Positions 6,620-15,113 of a stretch of DNA of 29,161 nucleotides are shown piece by piece (the first letter of the stretch is position 1; every line of letters starts with the position of its first letter). The translations under genes and the position numbers were made by a program. Source of the stretch: an uncultured Myxococcales bacterium. Lineage in GTDB: Bacteria > Myxococcota_A > Polyangia > Fen-1088. The DNA is taken from assembly GCA_964540815.1 (NCBI GenBank), contig CAZIOH010000079.1:1-29161 (forward strand). Direction: 5' to 3'. The notes under the pieces were generated by a model, which was given only the letters and a program-made list of their open reading frames with translations, was not told where the DNA came from and ran no database searches.

Positions 6620-9265
6620 GTGGTGATCAAGCGATCCGCCGACGAGTCCGCGCCGGAGGCACCGCGAACGTCGCGGCGGATTCCGATCGCGGCGTCCACC
6701 GAGCTCGAAGCTCTGTTGCCGGCGGCGGTTCCCCACGCCGAGGCGACCGTGGTGCTGCCCGACACACCGGCACCGCCACCGTCGCCGGCGCTGCGCCACG
6801 CGCTCGACCAGCTGCGCGACGTCTTCAAGCTGCGCGGCCTGCGGCCCGGACAGGCCGAGATCATCGAGTCCGTTCTGGCCGGACGCGACACCCTCGCCAT
6901 CATGCCCACCGGCAGCGGCAAGTCGCTGACCTATCAGCTGCCCGCGCTGGTTCTGCCCGGGCCGACCATCGTGGTCTCGCCGCTCCTGGCCCTGATCGAG
7001 GATCAGGTGAACAAGCTGCAGGCCGCCGGCGTGGCGGTCGCCCGCATCGACTCGACCCGCACCGCCAAGGAGCGCGCCGCCGATCTGCAGGCGGTGCGCG
7101 ACGGGAAGATCCGGCTGGTGATCATCACCCCGGAGTCGATCGGTTCGCCGACCGTGCAGGCCGCGCTCGAGGGCGTGAAGTTCTCGCTGTTCGCCGTCGA
7201 CGAGGCCCACTGCGTGTCCCAGTGGGGTCACGACTTTCGTCCGTCCTACCTCGGCCTGCGGCGCGCGGCCCAGGTGCTGGGGCGGCCGCCGATCTTGGCC
7301 CTCACGGCCACGGCGACGCCCGCCATCGCCGATGACGTGCTGGTCCAGCTCGGCATGCGGGACCCCAAGGTCTTCCGGGTGTCGTTTCACCGCCCGAACC
7401 TGGCTTTCGACGTTCGCAAGGTGGCGGGGGAGGCGGACAAGCTGCGCCAGCTCGGCAAGCTGATCCAGCGCCTGCGTCGCCCCGGGATCGTGTACTGCGC
7501 GACCGTGCGGGCGGTCGACGATCTGTACGTGGCGCTCCGGCACGGCAAGATTCCGGTCGAGCGCTACAACGGGAAGATGACCGGCGACGAGCGCGAGAAG
7601 GCCCAGGCGTCGTTCATGCAATCGGGCCGCAAGGTGGTGATGCTGGCGACCAACGCGTTCGGGCTCGGCATCGACAAGCCCGACATTCGCTACATCATCC
7701 ACTACCAGATGCCGGGATCTCCCGAGGCGTACGTCCAGGAGGCTGGACGCGCGGGGCGTGACGGCAAGCCCGCGCGCTGCGTGCTGCTGTTTCAGCCGGA
7801 GGACATCGAGATCCAGGAGCACTTCCTGCGCGAGGCCCATCCCACCAAGACCCAGGCGCGCATGGTCGCGGACGGGCTCTACGCGTGGAGCGACGAGGGC
7901 AAGGAGGTGTCGGTGCGCGATCTCGCGCTCTCGATGGCCTTGCCCGAGCGGCGCGTGCGGGTGATCTTGTCGGTGCTCGAGGCGATGGGGGTGGCCGAGG
8001 AGGTCAAGGCCGCGCGCTGGAAGGGCGTCGAGCCCAAGCCGACCCGGGCGCAGATCGACAAGGCCGCGTCGGTGTTCGAGGCGCGGCGCATCTCGGATCG
8101 GCGACGGCTGGCCGCCCTGCTCGCCTACATGAACACCCAGCGCTGCCGGGCGCAGATGCTGCGGGTGTACTTTGGAGAGCCCGAGGGGCAGCCGTGCGGT
8201 CTGTGCGACTCGTGCGCCGGGCTCGACAGCGAGGTCTTCGATCCGGGGTCGGCGGACATCCGGCACGGGCTGCACGCCGCGACGGACTTCCACGCGCGAC
8301 CGCGGCGCCGGCGTCGGCCGGGCGTGGTGGAGCCGAGGACGCCGCAGGGCGTGCCGGCGCGGCGCGAGGCTCCGGGCGTGGTGCCGCCCGCCATCCCGAT
8401 GGCGGCGTTCGCGACCCCGATTCCCGCCGACCTCCTGCCGCCCCTTCGGGCGTGGGAGGTGCCCGCGCCCGCCGCTTCGGAGGCAAGCTTCGACCCGACG
8501 ATCTGGGACGGGGTTGGCGACGACGCGAGCGCATCTCCTGTGCTCATGTCGGGCGAGGCGATCATCGAGGAATACGCGACCTGGGTCGAGGAGGCGTTCG
8601 CCCGGCCCCTGTCGGTGGCACCGAGCCCTGCGGCGGAGCGCCCCCCCGAGGCCGTGCGCGCGACAGGCGGCGAGGTCGACGTCGGTGCCGGTGTCGGTGG
8701 CGGCGCGGGTGTCGGTGGCGGCCCGCCGGGTGAGGCCAATGCGGCGACCCCTCCCGAGATCGAATCGGCCGACCTCTCGACCGACCGTTCCGCTCAGGCG
8801 AGCCCGGAGGGCCTTTCCGGCGCGCCCGCCTTGCCCTTCGCGGCGGAGTGGGCATCGGTGCGCGACGCCAACATCCGACCCTACGGCGAGTGGCGGGCCG
8901 CCGAGACGCTGTCGTTGCCCGTCATGCCGCGCGCGCAGAGCGGTGCAGGCGCGCGCGTCGCCGCCCCGGGGCAAGCCAATGGTCACACCGGCGGAAATGG
9001 CGCGGGCCATTCCGGCGGAAATGCCGGTGGCCCCGGACACCCGCCGCGCGGCGGAAACCGCGGCCAGGGATCCGGCCAAGCTCAGGCCCAAGCAAACGAC
9101 GCGGGCCGCGGTGGAGGGCGACGGCGCGGCCGACGTCCCGGTGGCGGCGGCAATGGCGGCGGCTTCGGGCGGGACCGGGATCGCGGTGACCGCAGCGAGC
9201 GCAACGGCCGCTTCCGCGACCGCGGCCCACGCCTGCCCGGCTTCTACAATCCCGGCGGCGACTGA
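6620..9265 (+). CDS. recQ: RecQ-family ATP-dependent DNA helicase with a long, low-complexity Pro/Ala-rich and Gly/Arg (RGG)-rich C-terminal tail. No HRDC domain.
   Basis: Helicase motifs: LAIMPTGSGKSLTYQLPA (I), LFAVDEAHCVSQWGHDFRPSY (II/DEAH), LALTATAT (III), motif VI HYQMPGSPEAYVQEAGRAGRDG. RecQ Zn-binding Cys cluster CRAQMLRVYFGEPEGQPCGLCDSC. GTG start at 6620 (first start after an in-frame stop). The C-terminal ~320 aa is disordered and ends GGGRRRGRRPGGGGNGGGFGRDRDRGDRSERNGRFRDRGPRLPGFYNPGGD. Confidence 0.85.
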   Translation: MVIKRSADESAPEAPRTSRRIPIAASTELEALLPAAVPHAEATVVLPDTPAPPPSPALRHALDQLRDVFKLRGLRPGQAEIIESVLAGRDTLAIMPTGSGKSLTYQLPALVLPGPTIVVSPLLALIEDQVNKLQAAGVAVARIDSTRTAKERAADLQAVRDGKIRLVIITPESIGSPTVQAALEGVKFSLFAVDEAHCVSQWGHDFRPSYLGLRRAAQVLGRPPILALTATATPAIADDVLVQLGMRDPKVFRVSFHRPNLAFDVRKVAGEADKLRQLGKLIQRLRRPGIVYCATVRAVDDLYVALRHGKIPVERYNGKMTGDEREKAQASFMQSGRKVVMLATNAFGLGIDKPDIRYIIHYQMPGSPEAYVQEAGRAGRDGKPARCVLLFQPEDIEIQEHFLREAHPTKTQARMVADGLYAWSDEGKEVSVRDLALSMALPERRVRVILSVLEAMGVAEEVKAARWKGVEPKPTRAQIDKAASVFEARRISDRRRLAALLAYMNTQRCRAQMLRVYFGEPEGQPCGLCDSCAGLDSEVFDPGSADIRHGLHAATDFHARPRRRRRPGVVEPRTPQGVPARREAPGVVPPAIPMAAFATPIPADLLPPLRAWEVPAPAASEASFDPTIWDGVGDDASASPVLMSGEAIIEEYATWVEEAFARPLSVAPSPAAERPPEAVRATGGEVDVGAGVGGGAGVGGGPPGEANAATPPEIESADLSTDRSAQASPEGLSGAPALPFAAEWASVRDANIRPYGEWRAAETLSLPVMPRAQSGAGARVAAPGQANGHTGGNGAGHSGGNAGGPGHPPRGGNRGQGSGQAQAQANDAGRGGGRRRGRRPGGGGNGGGFGRDRDRGDRSERNGRFRDRGPRLPGFYNPGGD

Positions 9266-9307
9266 CCCCGGCGAAGTGGGCCCCTCTCCCTTACCCTTGT
9301 ATGGATC

Positions 9308-9340
9308 GGGGACGTGACTCGCTGCCGCTCGCACGTCCCC
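9308..9340 (+). terminator. Strong GC-rich hairpin (9-bp perfect stem GGGGACGTG/CACGTCCCC, 15-nt loop) 43 nt downstream of the recQ stop. Candidate recQ terminator or structured element; no U-tract.
   Basis: GGGGACGTGactcgctgccgctcgCACGTCCCC, read directly. Confidence 0.35.
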
Positions 9341-9521
9341 GCGCCCCTCTCGCTCCGCGCGGCAAAGCCGCGCTACGCTCGCCTGAACAGCGGGAGGTGA
9401 CCAAAGGTTCCAGGCACGACAGACCGTTTGCCCTCGGGTCCTCGAGGGAATAGGAAGGGGTTGGGCTTCAGTCTCGGGTTGACCTCGGCCCGCGTGCACG
9501 CCCTCCATGCGGTGGATCGGA

Positions 9522-9564
9522 GGTTGGCTTTGCCAACCGGAGACGGCACTGGCAAAGCATTTCC
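9522..9564 (+). terminator. Two overlapping alternative hairpins followed by AUUUCC: GGTTGGCtttGCCAACC, or GCTTTGCCA-N14-TGGCAAAGC. Candidate intrinsic terminator or alternative-structure element in the convergent intergenic region.
   Basis: aGGTTGGCTTTGCCAACCggagacggcacTGGCAAAGCatttcc. The two pairings are mutually exclusive and both are perfect. Confidence 0.3.
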
Positions 9565-9606
9565 GGGCCCGCTTCTCGTCGTCCCGGGAGGCGCCCGCGG
9601 GGAGGG

Positions 9607-9666
9607 GTCCTCCCCTTCCCGCGCTCCGGTCCTCCCCTTCCCGCGCTCCGGTCCTCCCCTTCCCGA
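9607..9666. repeat. Tandem direct repeat of a 22-nt unit GTCCTCCCCTTCCCGCGCTCCG x2.7, immediately 3' of the TonB-dependent receptor gene.
   Basis: gtcctccccttcccgcgctccg gtcctccccttcccgcgctccg gtcctccccttcccga. It lies 17-78 nt downstream of the receptor stop (minus strand) and is preceded by the hairpin GGGGAGGggtCCTCCCC. Confidence 0.7.
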
Positions 9667-9682
9667 GACCGGCGAAGCCGCG

Positions 9683-12600
9683 TCAGAAGAACAGGCGCAG
9701 GCCCACGCGGCCGTAGATGGGCGCCTGGTAGGCGGTGGGGTTGCCGAAGTTGGCGTTCTTGGAGATCGGGGCGCCGCTCGCGTTGCGCGCGTACTTCAGG
9801 TCATTCACGGATCCGTTGACGATGGGGCTGGCCACGTCGTTGGTGTAGTTGTCGTCGACGGCCAGCGCGGTCCGCCGATCCATGATGTTGTAGATGTCGA
9901 GGAAGGCCTCTGCCGAGAAGATCTGGGAGATCTTGAGATGGTAGGAGACCTTGAGATCGGTCTGGGTCACGGTCGGGGTGCGGCCCGCCGACCCGCGGGG
10001 CAAGAGGAAGACCAACGGTTGCCCCGGGGAGACCGCGGCCACGTAGTTCCGGGGGATGCCGGAGTACGCCGAGAAGCTGGCCCCGAGCACCACGAAGGCC
10101 CCTTCCCCGGCGGGAATCTGGTAGTACCCATCGAGGTGACCTGAATGGGGCCGGTCGTTGGCGAGCGGGCCGCGCTTGTTGTAGACGAGATCGGGGTAGT
10201 CGTAGGCGTTGTTGCCGTTCGGGGCCGCGTAGTTGTTGTCCACGTCGTAGAGGCCATTGTAGTTCCCGAAGAGGCGGGAATAGGTGTACGAGGCCTGCAC
10301 CATCCAGTTCTGTGACATGCGCTTGGACGCGAGCAAGGTGATGGCATCATACGTCCGCTCCGGCTTGGGCAGCGCACCCAGCCCCTTGAGGTTGTCGCGC
10401 ACGGATTGCAGCTGCCCGATCTCGGCGGCGTGGATCTGCTGGCTGGCCGCGTTCCCGCTCGCCATGTCCTGGTTCAGGAGCGCTTGCTTCGCCGCGATCT
10501 GCTGGTTCAGATCGTCGATGGCCCCCTGGGGGACCTGACCGGGGTTGGCGAGCACGAAGGTGTCCAGGTTCGCCGTGCCATCCTCGACGATCGCGCCCAG
10601 CCAGCGGTGGGTGTAATCGAGGCCAACCACCAGATCATCGGTCAACTGCTGCCTCAGGCCCGCCACGATCTCGTGGTGGTGCTGCCCTTGGATGTTCGGC
10701 TGAACCGGGTAGGAGCTGCCCCCGTTGTAGGGCACATAACCCTGCACCGGGCAGCCCGTGGCCTCACCGCCCTTCCCGGTCCACTGCGCCTGCGGCACGG
10801 GGCACTGGGAGCTGTCGACCGCCGTGAGCAAGATGCCCTCGCCGCCGAAGTAACGCGCCGCCAGGTTCAGCGGGATGGTCTCGAAGAATTGCCCGTAGTG
10901 GGCGAACACCTTGGAACGACCGGCGTTGCTGGGATCCCACACCACCCCGACGCGCGGGCCGAGGTTGTACAGATTGAGGAAGCCGTCTCCGCGGAAGTCG
11001 TACATCCGCTGATTCTCGATGCGCAGGCCGAGATCGATGGTGAGGTTCTGCATCGGGCGCACGGAGTCCTGCACGAAGTAAGCGGTGTTGAGGCTCTTCA
11101 CGTCGGCCACCAGGTGATCCTGGTAATACGGCGTCTTCGCCAGATCCGACAGCTGACCGTTGGTGAGATCGCCGTCCGAGAACTGAAACGGATACTTGCC
11201 GCGCGGGAGGCTGAAGAAGTTCCAGACGTAGGTCGAGTTGCTGCTGAGATCGTTGTAAAGGAAATTGCGCTGCCCAGGGGGGCCCGAAAAGTAGCGATCC
11301 TGATCGAAGGTGTTGAGCTCGACGTGGACGCCGGCCTTGATCTCGTTGTACTTGACGAAGTCGAAGGAGGCCTTCACGTCGCCGGACCAGCGGTTCGCCT
11401 GGTAGGTCTTCACCAGCCCGTAGCCGCCGTTGTAGTAGCCCTGCACCGGGCAAGGGTCGAAGCCGTTGGATTGGATCTCGCATCCTCCGATGTTCTCGAA
11501 GCTCGAGAGCGCGGGCGTGGCGGAGGGTGCCCCGACCCACTGGAGGTTGTTGGTGGAGTTGAGGCTGTCGGACGGGCTCTGATCGCTGAAGTCCTCGCGG
11601 TGCAGCCCCACCGTGGCGTCGATGCGCAGGCGGTTCTCGTACAGGCGCGAGGTCCAGTTGACGGTGATGTCGGTGTTGTTCTTGTGGAGCTGCCCGAGGG
11701 CCCACGCGGGATCGCCGACCGCCTCGGCGCCGCTGAAGTTGCGCACGTGACGCGTGAAGGTGGGCGTCCCGAAGATGCCGACCGAGAGGTGGTGCTCGGG
11801 GGCGACGTTGAAGTCGAGCTTGCCCCCGTACTGGTAGCTCTGCCGCAGCTCCGGCGTGCGGGTGCGGAGCAGGAAATTCAGGATGGGGTTGCCGTCCGCG
11901 CCGACGTCGGCGATCCCGTCCCCGTTGGTGTCGGTGCGCGCGTAGACGTCGCGAAAGAAGTGGGTCCGCTCGAAGCGCGGCGCGAACCCGAGCCACACGA
12001 AGAGCTTGTCCTTGATGATGGGACCTCCGACCTCGACGCCCACGTTGGTGTCGAAGTCTGGAAAGTCGGCGCCCGAGAGCGCGCTGTCGAGGCGCGCGAC
12101 CGACTTGGGGGTGCCCGCCAGCCAGTACGGCGACAGCAGCCCGAAGGCGGAGCCACGCCACTCGTTGGTGCCGGACTTGGTGACCACGTTGACCACGCCC
12201 CCCATGGCCCCGCCATATTCGGCCCGGTAGCCGCCGGTGTTCAGCTGCATCTCCTTGACGAACTCGAGCGTGAGGTTCGAGCCGCCCTGGGCGTCGGCCT
12301 TGCGATTCATGATCTCACCCATGTCCATGCCGGTCACGTTGAGACCGTCCATCACGTAGACGTTCTCGAGTCCGCTGGCCCCGGCGACCGAGACCGACCC
12401 GGACGACTCGAGGAAGGCGCCGGGGGCCTTCAGCATCAGGTCCCCGTAGGTGCGCTCGACCGGGACGTTCTCCATGTAGTCCTCGTCGAAGGTCATGCCC
12501 AGCCGCGCGCTCCCCACGTCGATGGCCGCGGCCTTTCGCTTGATGACGTAGGTCTCCTGATGAAGCTCGGCGTTCGGCATGGCGGCGTCGGCGCGGACCG

Positions 12601-12994
12601 TGGCCCCACCCGAGACGTGCAGATCGGAGCGATCCACGTTGATGGCAGAGCTCGCGCTGTAGAAGCGCACCGTGTAGGTGCCGACCGCCAGGTTGGTGAA
12701 GGTGTAGTCACCCGCCTCGTCGGTGAGCGTGGCGTCCTCCCCTTGCTGCCCCTGCAAGATGACCGTCAAGCCTGCCAGCGGCTGGCCGCTCGCGAGATCG
12801 GTCACGTGGCCGATGATGGTCCCCTTGACGTCCTGGGCGCGGGCGCGGCCCGCAGGGCCGAGCCAGGCCAGGCCGAGCGCCAGGCCCGCGATCAGGACCA
12901 GATGCAGCCGTCGTCCACCCGGAGGCCGCACCAGGCCGGGACCGGGACCGGGGCGCGAGGCCCGTAGGCTCTTCGAACGCGAGAACGTCATCAT
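9683..12994 (-). CDS. TonB-dependent outer-membrane receptor/transporter with an N-terminal carboxypeptidase-regulatory-like (CarbopepD_reg) domain (Oar-like).
   Basis: Start ATGATG at 12994 with RBS aggaagg. Signal peptide MMTFSRSKSLRASRPGPGPGLVRPPGGRRLHLVLIAGLALGLAWLGPAGRARA. Then a Cna-B/CarbopepD-like domain (GTIIGHVTDLASGQPLAGLTVILQGQQGEDATLTDEAGDYTFTNLAVGTYTV), a plug domain, a long barrel, and the canonical terminal ...YGRVGLRLFF. The 5' 1.8 kb of the track ORF (to 14800) is a shadow ORF over exbD and lipoprotein genes. Confidence 0.85.
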   Translation of the reverse strand: MMTFSRSKSLRASRPGPGPGLVRPPGGRRLHLVLIAGLALGLAWLGPAGRARAQDVKGTIIGHVTDLASGQPLAGLTVILQGQQGEDATLTDEAGDYTFTNLAVGTYTVRFYSASSAINVDRSDLHVSGGATVRADAAMPNAELHQETYVIKRKAAAIDVGSARLGMTFDEDYMENVPVERTYGDLMLKAPGAFLESSGSVSVAGASGLENVYVMDGLNVTGMDMGEIMNRKADAQGGSNLTLEFVKEMQLNTGGYRAEYGGAMGGVVNVVTKSGTNEWRGSAFGLLSPYWLAGTPKSVARLDSALSGADFPDFDTNVGVEVGGPIIKDKLFVWLGFAPRFERTHFFRDVYARTDTNGDGIADVGADGNPILNFLLRTRTPELRQSYQYGGKLDFNVAPEHHLSVGIFGTPTFTRHVRNFSGAEAVGDPAWALGQLHKNNTDITVNWTSRLYENRLRIDATVGLHREDFSDQSPSDSLNSTNNLQWVGAPSATPALSSFENIGGCEIQSNGFDPCPVQGYYNGGYGLVKTYQANRWSGDVKASFDFVKYNEIKAGVHVELNTFDQDRYFSGPPGQRNFLYNDLSSNSTYVWNFFSLPRGKYPFQFSDGDLTNGQLSDLAKTPYYQDHLVADVKSLNTAYFVQDSVRPMQNLTIDLGLRIENQRMYDFRGDGFLNLYNLGPRVGVVWDPSNAGRSKVFAHYGQFFETIPLNLAARYFGGEGILLTAVDSSQCPVPQAQWTGKGGEATGCPVQGYVPYNGGSSYPVQPNIQGQHHHEIVAGLRQQLTDDLVVGLDYTHRWLGAIVEDGTANLDTFVLANPGQVPQGAIDDLNQQIAAKQALLNQDMASGNAASQQIHAAEIGQLQSVRDNLKGLGALPKPERTYDAITLLASKRMSQNWMVQASYTYSRLFGNYNGLYDVDNNYAAPNGNNAYDYPDLVYNKRGPLANDRPHSGHLDGYYQIPAGEGAFVVLGASFSAYSGIPRNYVAAVSPGQPLVFLLPRGSAGRTPTVTQTDLKVSYHLKISQIFSAEAFLDIYNIMDRRTALAVDDNYTNDVASPIVNGSVNDLKYARNASGAPISKNANFGNPTAYQAPIYGRVGLRLFF

Positions 12995-13023
12995 CGTCCT
13001 TCCTGTGATCGGCGTGAGCAACA

Positions 13024-13989
13024 CTAGAGCGCCACCCCGAAGGAGCCCGAGACCGCGCTTCCGAGCTTGGCCCCGTATCCATCGGTCACCTCGGAATCCA
13101 CCGTCACGGTGACCGTGGCTCCCGCCGGCCACCCGGTCGCGGGCGGGGCCACGTTCCAGACATTGGGATTCGCCGGGTCGACCACCGCCGGACCGAAGCC
13201 CGGCACCACCTCGGCGCCGACCGTGACCGTGATGGTGATGTGGTCCCCCGCGTCCGCGCCCACCAGGGTGTTGAAGGTGACCGTGGCGGTCGCGCCGACG
13301 GGAACCCCCGGACTGACCGGGGTCCCGGCGTCGTCGGCGCCGGCATCGTCGGCGCCCGCGTCGGCCCCGCCGTCGGTCGTCGGTGGCTGGGGCAAGCCGA
13401 GCGTGGCGGTGAACGGCTCGGTGGTGAAGGTCAGCTGGGTCGGGACGGTGGTGTCCTTGGGCGCGAAGGGCACCTTCTGATCGTGCGAGCGGATCTTGGC
13501 GGGATTGAGCGCGACCGACACCACCGTGCCGCAGGGGAGCGCGGCCGTCGGCACGACCGCCAGGCTCGGCCCCTCCGGCAATGCCGAGGCGAAGATGGGC
13601 GTGCCGGCGTCGGGATCGAGCGGGGGAACGAAGCCATTCGGCGTGTAGGTGGCCTGCACCGTGAGGGGATCCACCGCCGGGGTCGAGGTGACCCGTACCA
13701 CGTCGCCTTGGGGCAAGATTCCGCCGTCCCCGTCCAGGGCCGAGAGCTGGGTGGGATCGAGCAAGCGATCGAAGAGGGCCAGGAAGTGCGAGAGGGGCGA
13801 GCCGGCCCCGGTGGCGACGGCACCGTCGAAGACCAGCGCGGTGCCGTCCGGGGCTGTCGCGGTGAAGCTCAGCAGGAGCGGGGCCCCCGCGGGGACGTCG
13901 TTGGAGGGCTGGCACCCCGTCCAGGCGATGGTGCTCGCCAAGCTCAGCGTGAACCCCGCGAATCCCAAGCTGGGCATCATCCTGCGCAT
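13024..13989 (-). CDS. Hypothetical secreted (lipo)protein, Thr/Val-rich beta (Ig-like) repeats, encoded immediately upstream of the TonB-dependent receptor.
   Basis: RBS ggagaagaggag, then ATG MRRMMPSLGFAGFTLSLASTIAWTGCQPS (signal peptide with a lipobox-like WTGC). Repetitive segments TVTFNTLVGADAGDHITITVTVGAEVV / ATVTVTVDSEVTDGYGAKL. A 29-nt gap to the receptor start suggests co-transcription. Confidence 0.55.
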   Translation of the reverse strand: MRRMMPSLGFAGFTLSLASTIAWTGCQPSNDVPAGAPLLLSFTATAPDGTALVFDGAVATGAGSPLSHFLALFDRLLDPTQLSALDGDGGILPQGDVVRVTSTPAVDPLTVQATYTPNGFVPPLDPDAGTPIFASALPEGPSLAVVPTAALPCGTVVSVALNPAKIRSHDQKVPFAPKDTTVPTQLTFTTEPFTATLGLPQPPTTDGGADAGADDAGADDAGTPVSPGVPVGATATVTFNTLVGADAGDHITITVTVGAEVVPGFGPAVVDPANPNVWNVAPPATGWPAGATVTVTVDSEVTDGYGAKLGSAVSGSFGVAL

Positions 13990-14104
13990 CGAATTCTCCT
14001 CTTCTCCTCGGCGGACGGAAACTTGAAGGCACAATCCCGGCACCGGCAATCGTATACCCGTCGGGCGCGGCACGTAAGTTTTCGGTTCTGGGGATCGACG
14101 CTCG

Positions 14105-14124
14105 GCCGGCATCCGCCGGCATCC
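14105..14124. repeat. Tandem direct repeat GCCGGCATCC x2 in the exbD2-to-lipoprotein intergenic region. Candidate operator or promoter element for the lipoprotein-receptor unit.
   Basis: ctcgGCCGGCATCCGCCGGCATCCatgtcg, read directly. GCCGGC is itself palindromic. Confidence 0.35.
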
Positions 14125-14136
14125 ATGTCGGGGCGC

Positions 14137-14550
14137 TCAGTCCCTGGTGACGATTCCCAGGGTCTTCGCCCCGGCCCCCTTGCACAGATCCATGACCTTC
14201 ACCGCATGGCCGTAGTTGGCGCCGTCGTCGATGTCGAAGAAGACCAGCTTGCGCCGATCGTGCGCCAGGCGTTCGGCCACCCGGGCCGCGAGGCCCGGGA
14301 GCGCCACCGGCTCGCCCGACAGGGAGACGTTCCCCTCGCGATCGAGGCGCAGCACCAGCGGAGCCGCGCCGGGCGGCTCGGGCCGCTCGTCGACCGCCTT
14401 GCGGGGGACCGCGGCCACCAGCTGCTTGAGCATCACGGGCGTCATGACCATGAAGACGATCAGCAGCACCAGCACGATGTCGATGAGCGGGGTCACGTTG
14501 ATCTCGCTCGAGGGGCGGCGCCCAGGTCCCGAGCTGGCGCCGAAGCTCAT
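14137..14550 (-). CDS. exbD: Biopolymer transport protein ExbD/TolR (second copy).
   Basis: EINVTPLIDIVLVLLIVFMVMTPVM is the canonical ExbD N-terminus and TM. Its start ATG overlaps the upstream exbD1 stop (ATGA). Confidence 0.85.
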   Translation of the reverse strand: MSFGASSGPGRRPSSEINVTPLIDIVLVLLIVFMVMTPVMLKQLVAAVPRKAVDERPEPPGAAPLVLRLDREGNVSLSGEPVALPGLAARVAERLAHDRRKLVFFDIDDGANYGHAVKVMDLCKGAGAKTLGIVTRD

Positions 14551-15113
14551 CGGGAGCTCGCCTCCTCCTCGGTGCCGAGCTGGATCTGCTCCACGCCCAC
14601 CCGATGCAGGGCCTCCATGACCCGGCGGGCCTGGCCATAGTCGATGCGGGTGTCCCCCTTGAGGAAGATGGCCTTGTCGGGGTGATGCCGGCGCTCCTCG
14701 GTGACCGCCCCGGCCAGGCGGTCCAGGGACACCGGGGTGCTCCCGACGTAGATCTGGCCGAGGTGGGTGATGGCGACGACGATGTCCCGGTTGTCGTCAC
14801 CCCGCTTGTCGTGGTGCTGGGTGATGGGCAGATCGACGTTGACGCCCTTGCTGAGCATGGGGGTCACGACCATGAAGATGATGAGGAGCACCAGCACCAC
14901 GTCGACGAGCGGGGTGATGTTGATGTCGGCGCGCAGGCTGTGCCGCGGCCGCGGGGTGGCCCGACGGGAATCCGGCCCCGGTCGCCTGGCCGCCGGCCGA
15001 GCCCCGGCCCCGGCCCCGGGGCCCCCGCCGTTGCTCGACCGGGGACCGCGCCCGCGCTGCCAGGAAGCCCGGCCGGCGCCGGCGGAACGGAGACGGAGGC
15101 CGACGGCGATCAC
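14547..15113 (-). CDS. exbD: Biopolymer transport protein ExbD/TolR (first copy) with an unusually long Arg/Gly-rich N-terminal cytoplasmic extension.
   Basis: ADINITPLVDVVLVLLIIFMVVTPML...DIVVAITHLGQIYVGSTPVSLDRLAGAV is an ExbD domain. The only in-frame ATG/GTG/TTG after the exbB stop is a GTG overlapping that stop (GTGA), giving a ~60-aa RG-rich extension. The track ORF up to 15800 is a shadow over exbB. Confidence 0.7.
   Translation of the reverse strand: MIAVGLRLRSAGAGRASWQRGRGPRSSNGGGPGAGAGARPAARRPGPDSRRATPRPRHSLRADINITPLVDVVLVLLIIFMVVTPMLSKGVNVDLPITQHHDKRGDDNRDIVVAITHLGQIYVGSTPVSLDRLAGAVTEERRHHPDKAIFLKGDTRIDYGQARRVMEALHRVGVEQIQLGTEEEASSR

Noticed and set aside
6533-9508. 991-aa minus-strand ORF antisense to recQ; similar long antisense or alternate-frame ORFs at 10406..12967, 13240..14640, 19732..21147, 21726..23300, 27725..29161, 8172..9317 and others.
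   Set aside because: High-GC shadow ORFs with low-complexity R/G/P/A-rich products and no motifs. Each is opposite a gene with strong family signatures.
12995-14800. 5' 1.8 kb of the 1705-aa track ORF upstream of the TonB-dependent receptor start.
   Set aside because: The translation is low-complexity until the RBS+ATGATG at 12994, where a textbook signal peptide begins. The region is occupied on other frames by the exbD2 and lipoprotein genes.
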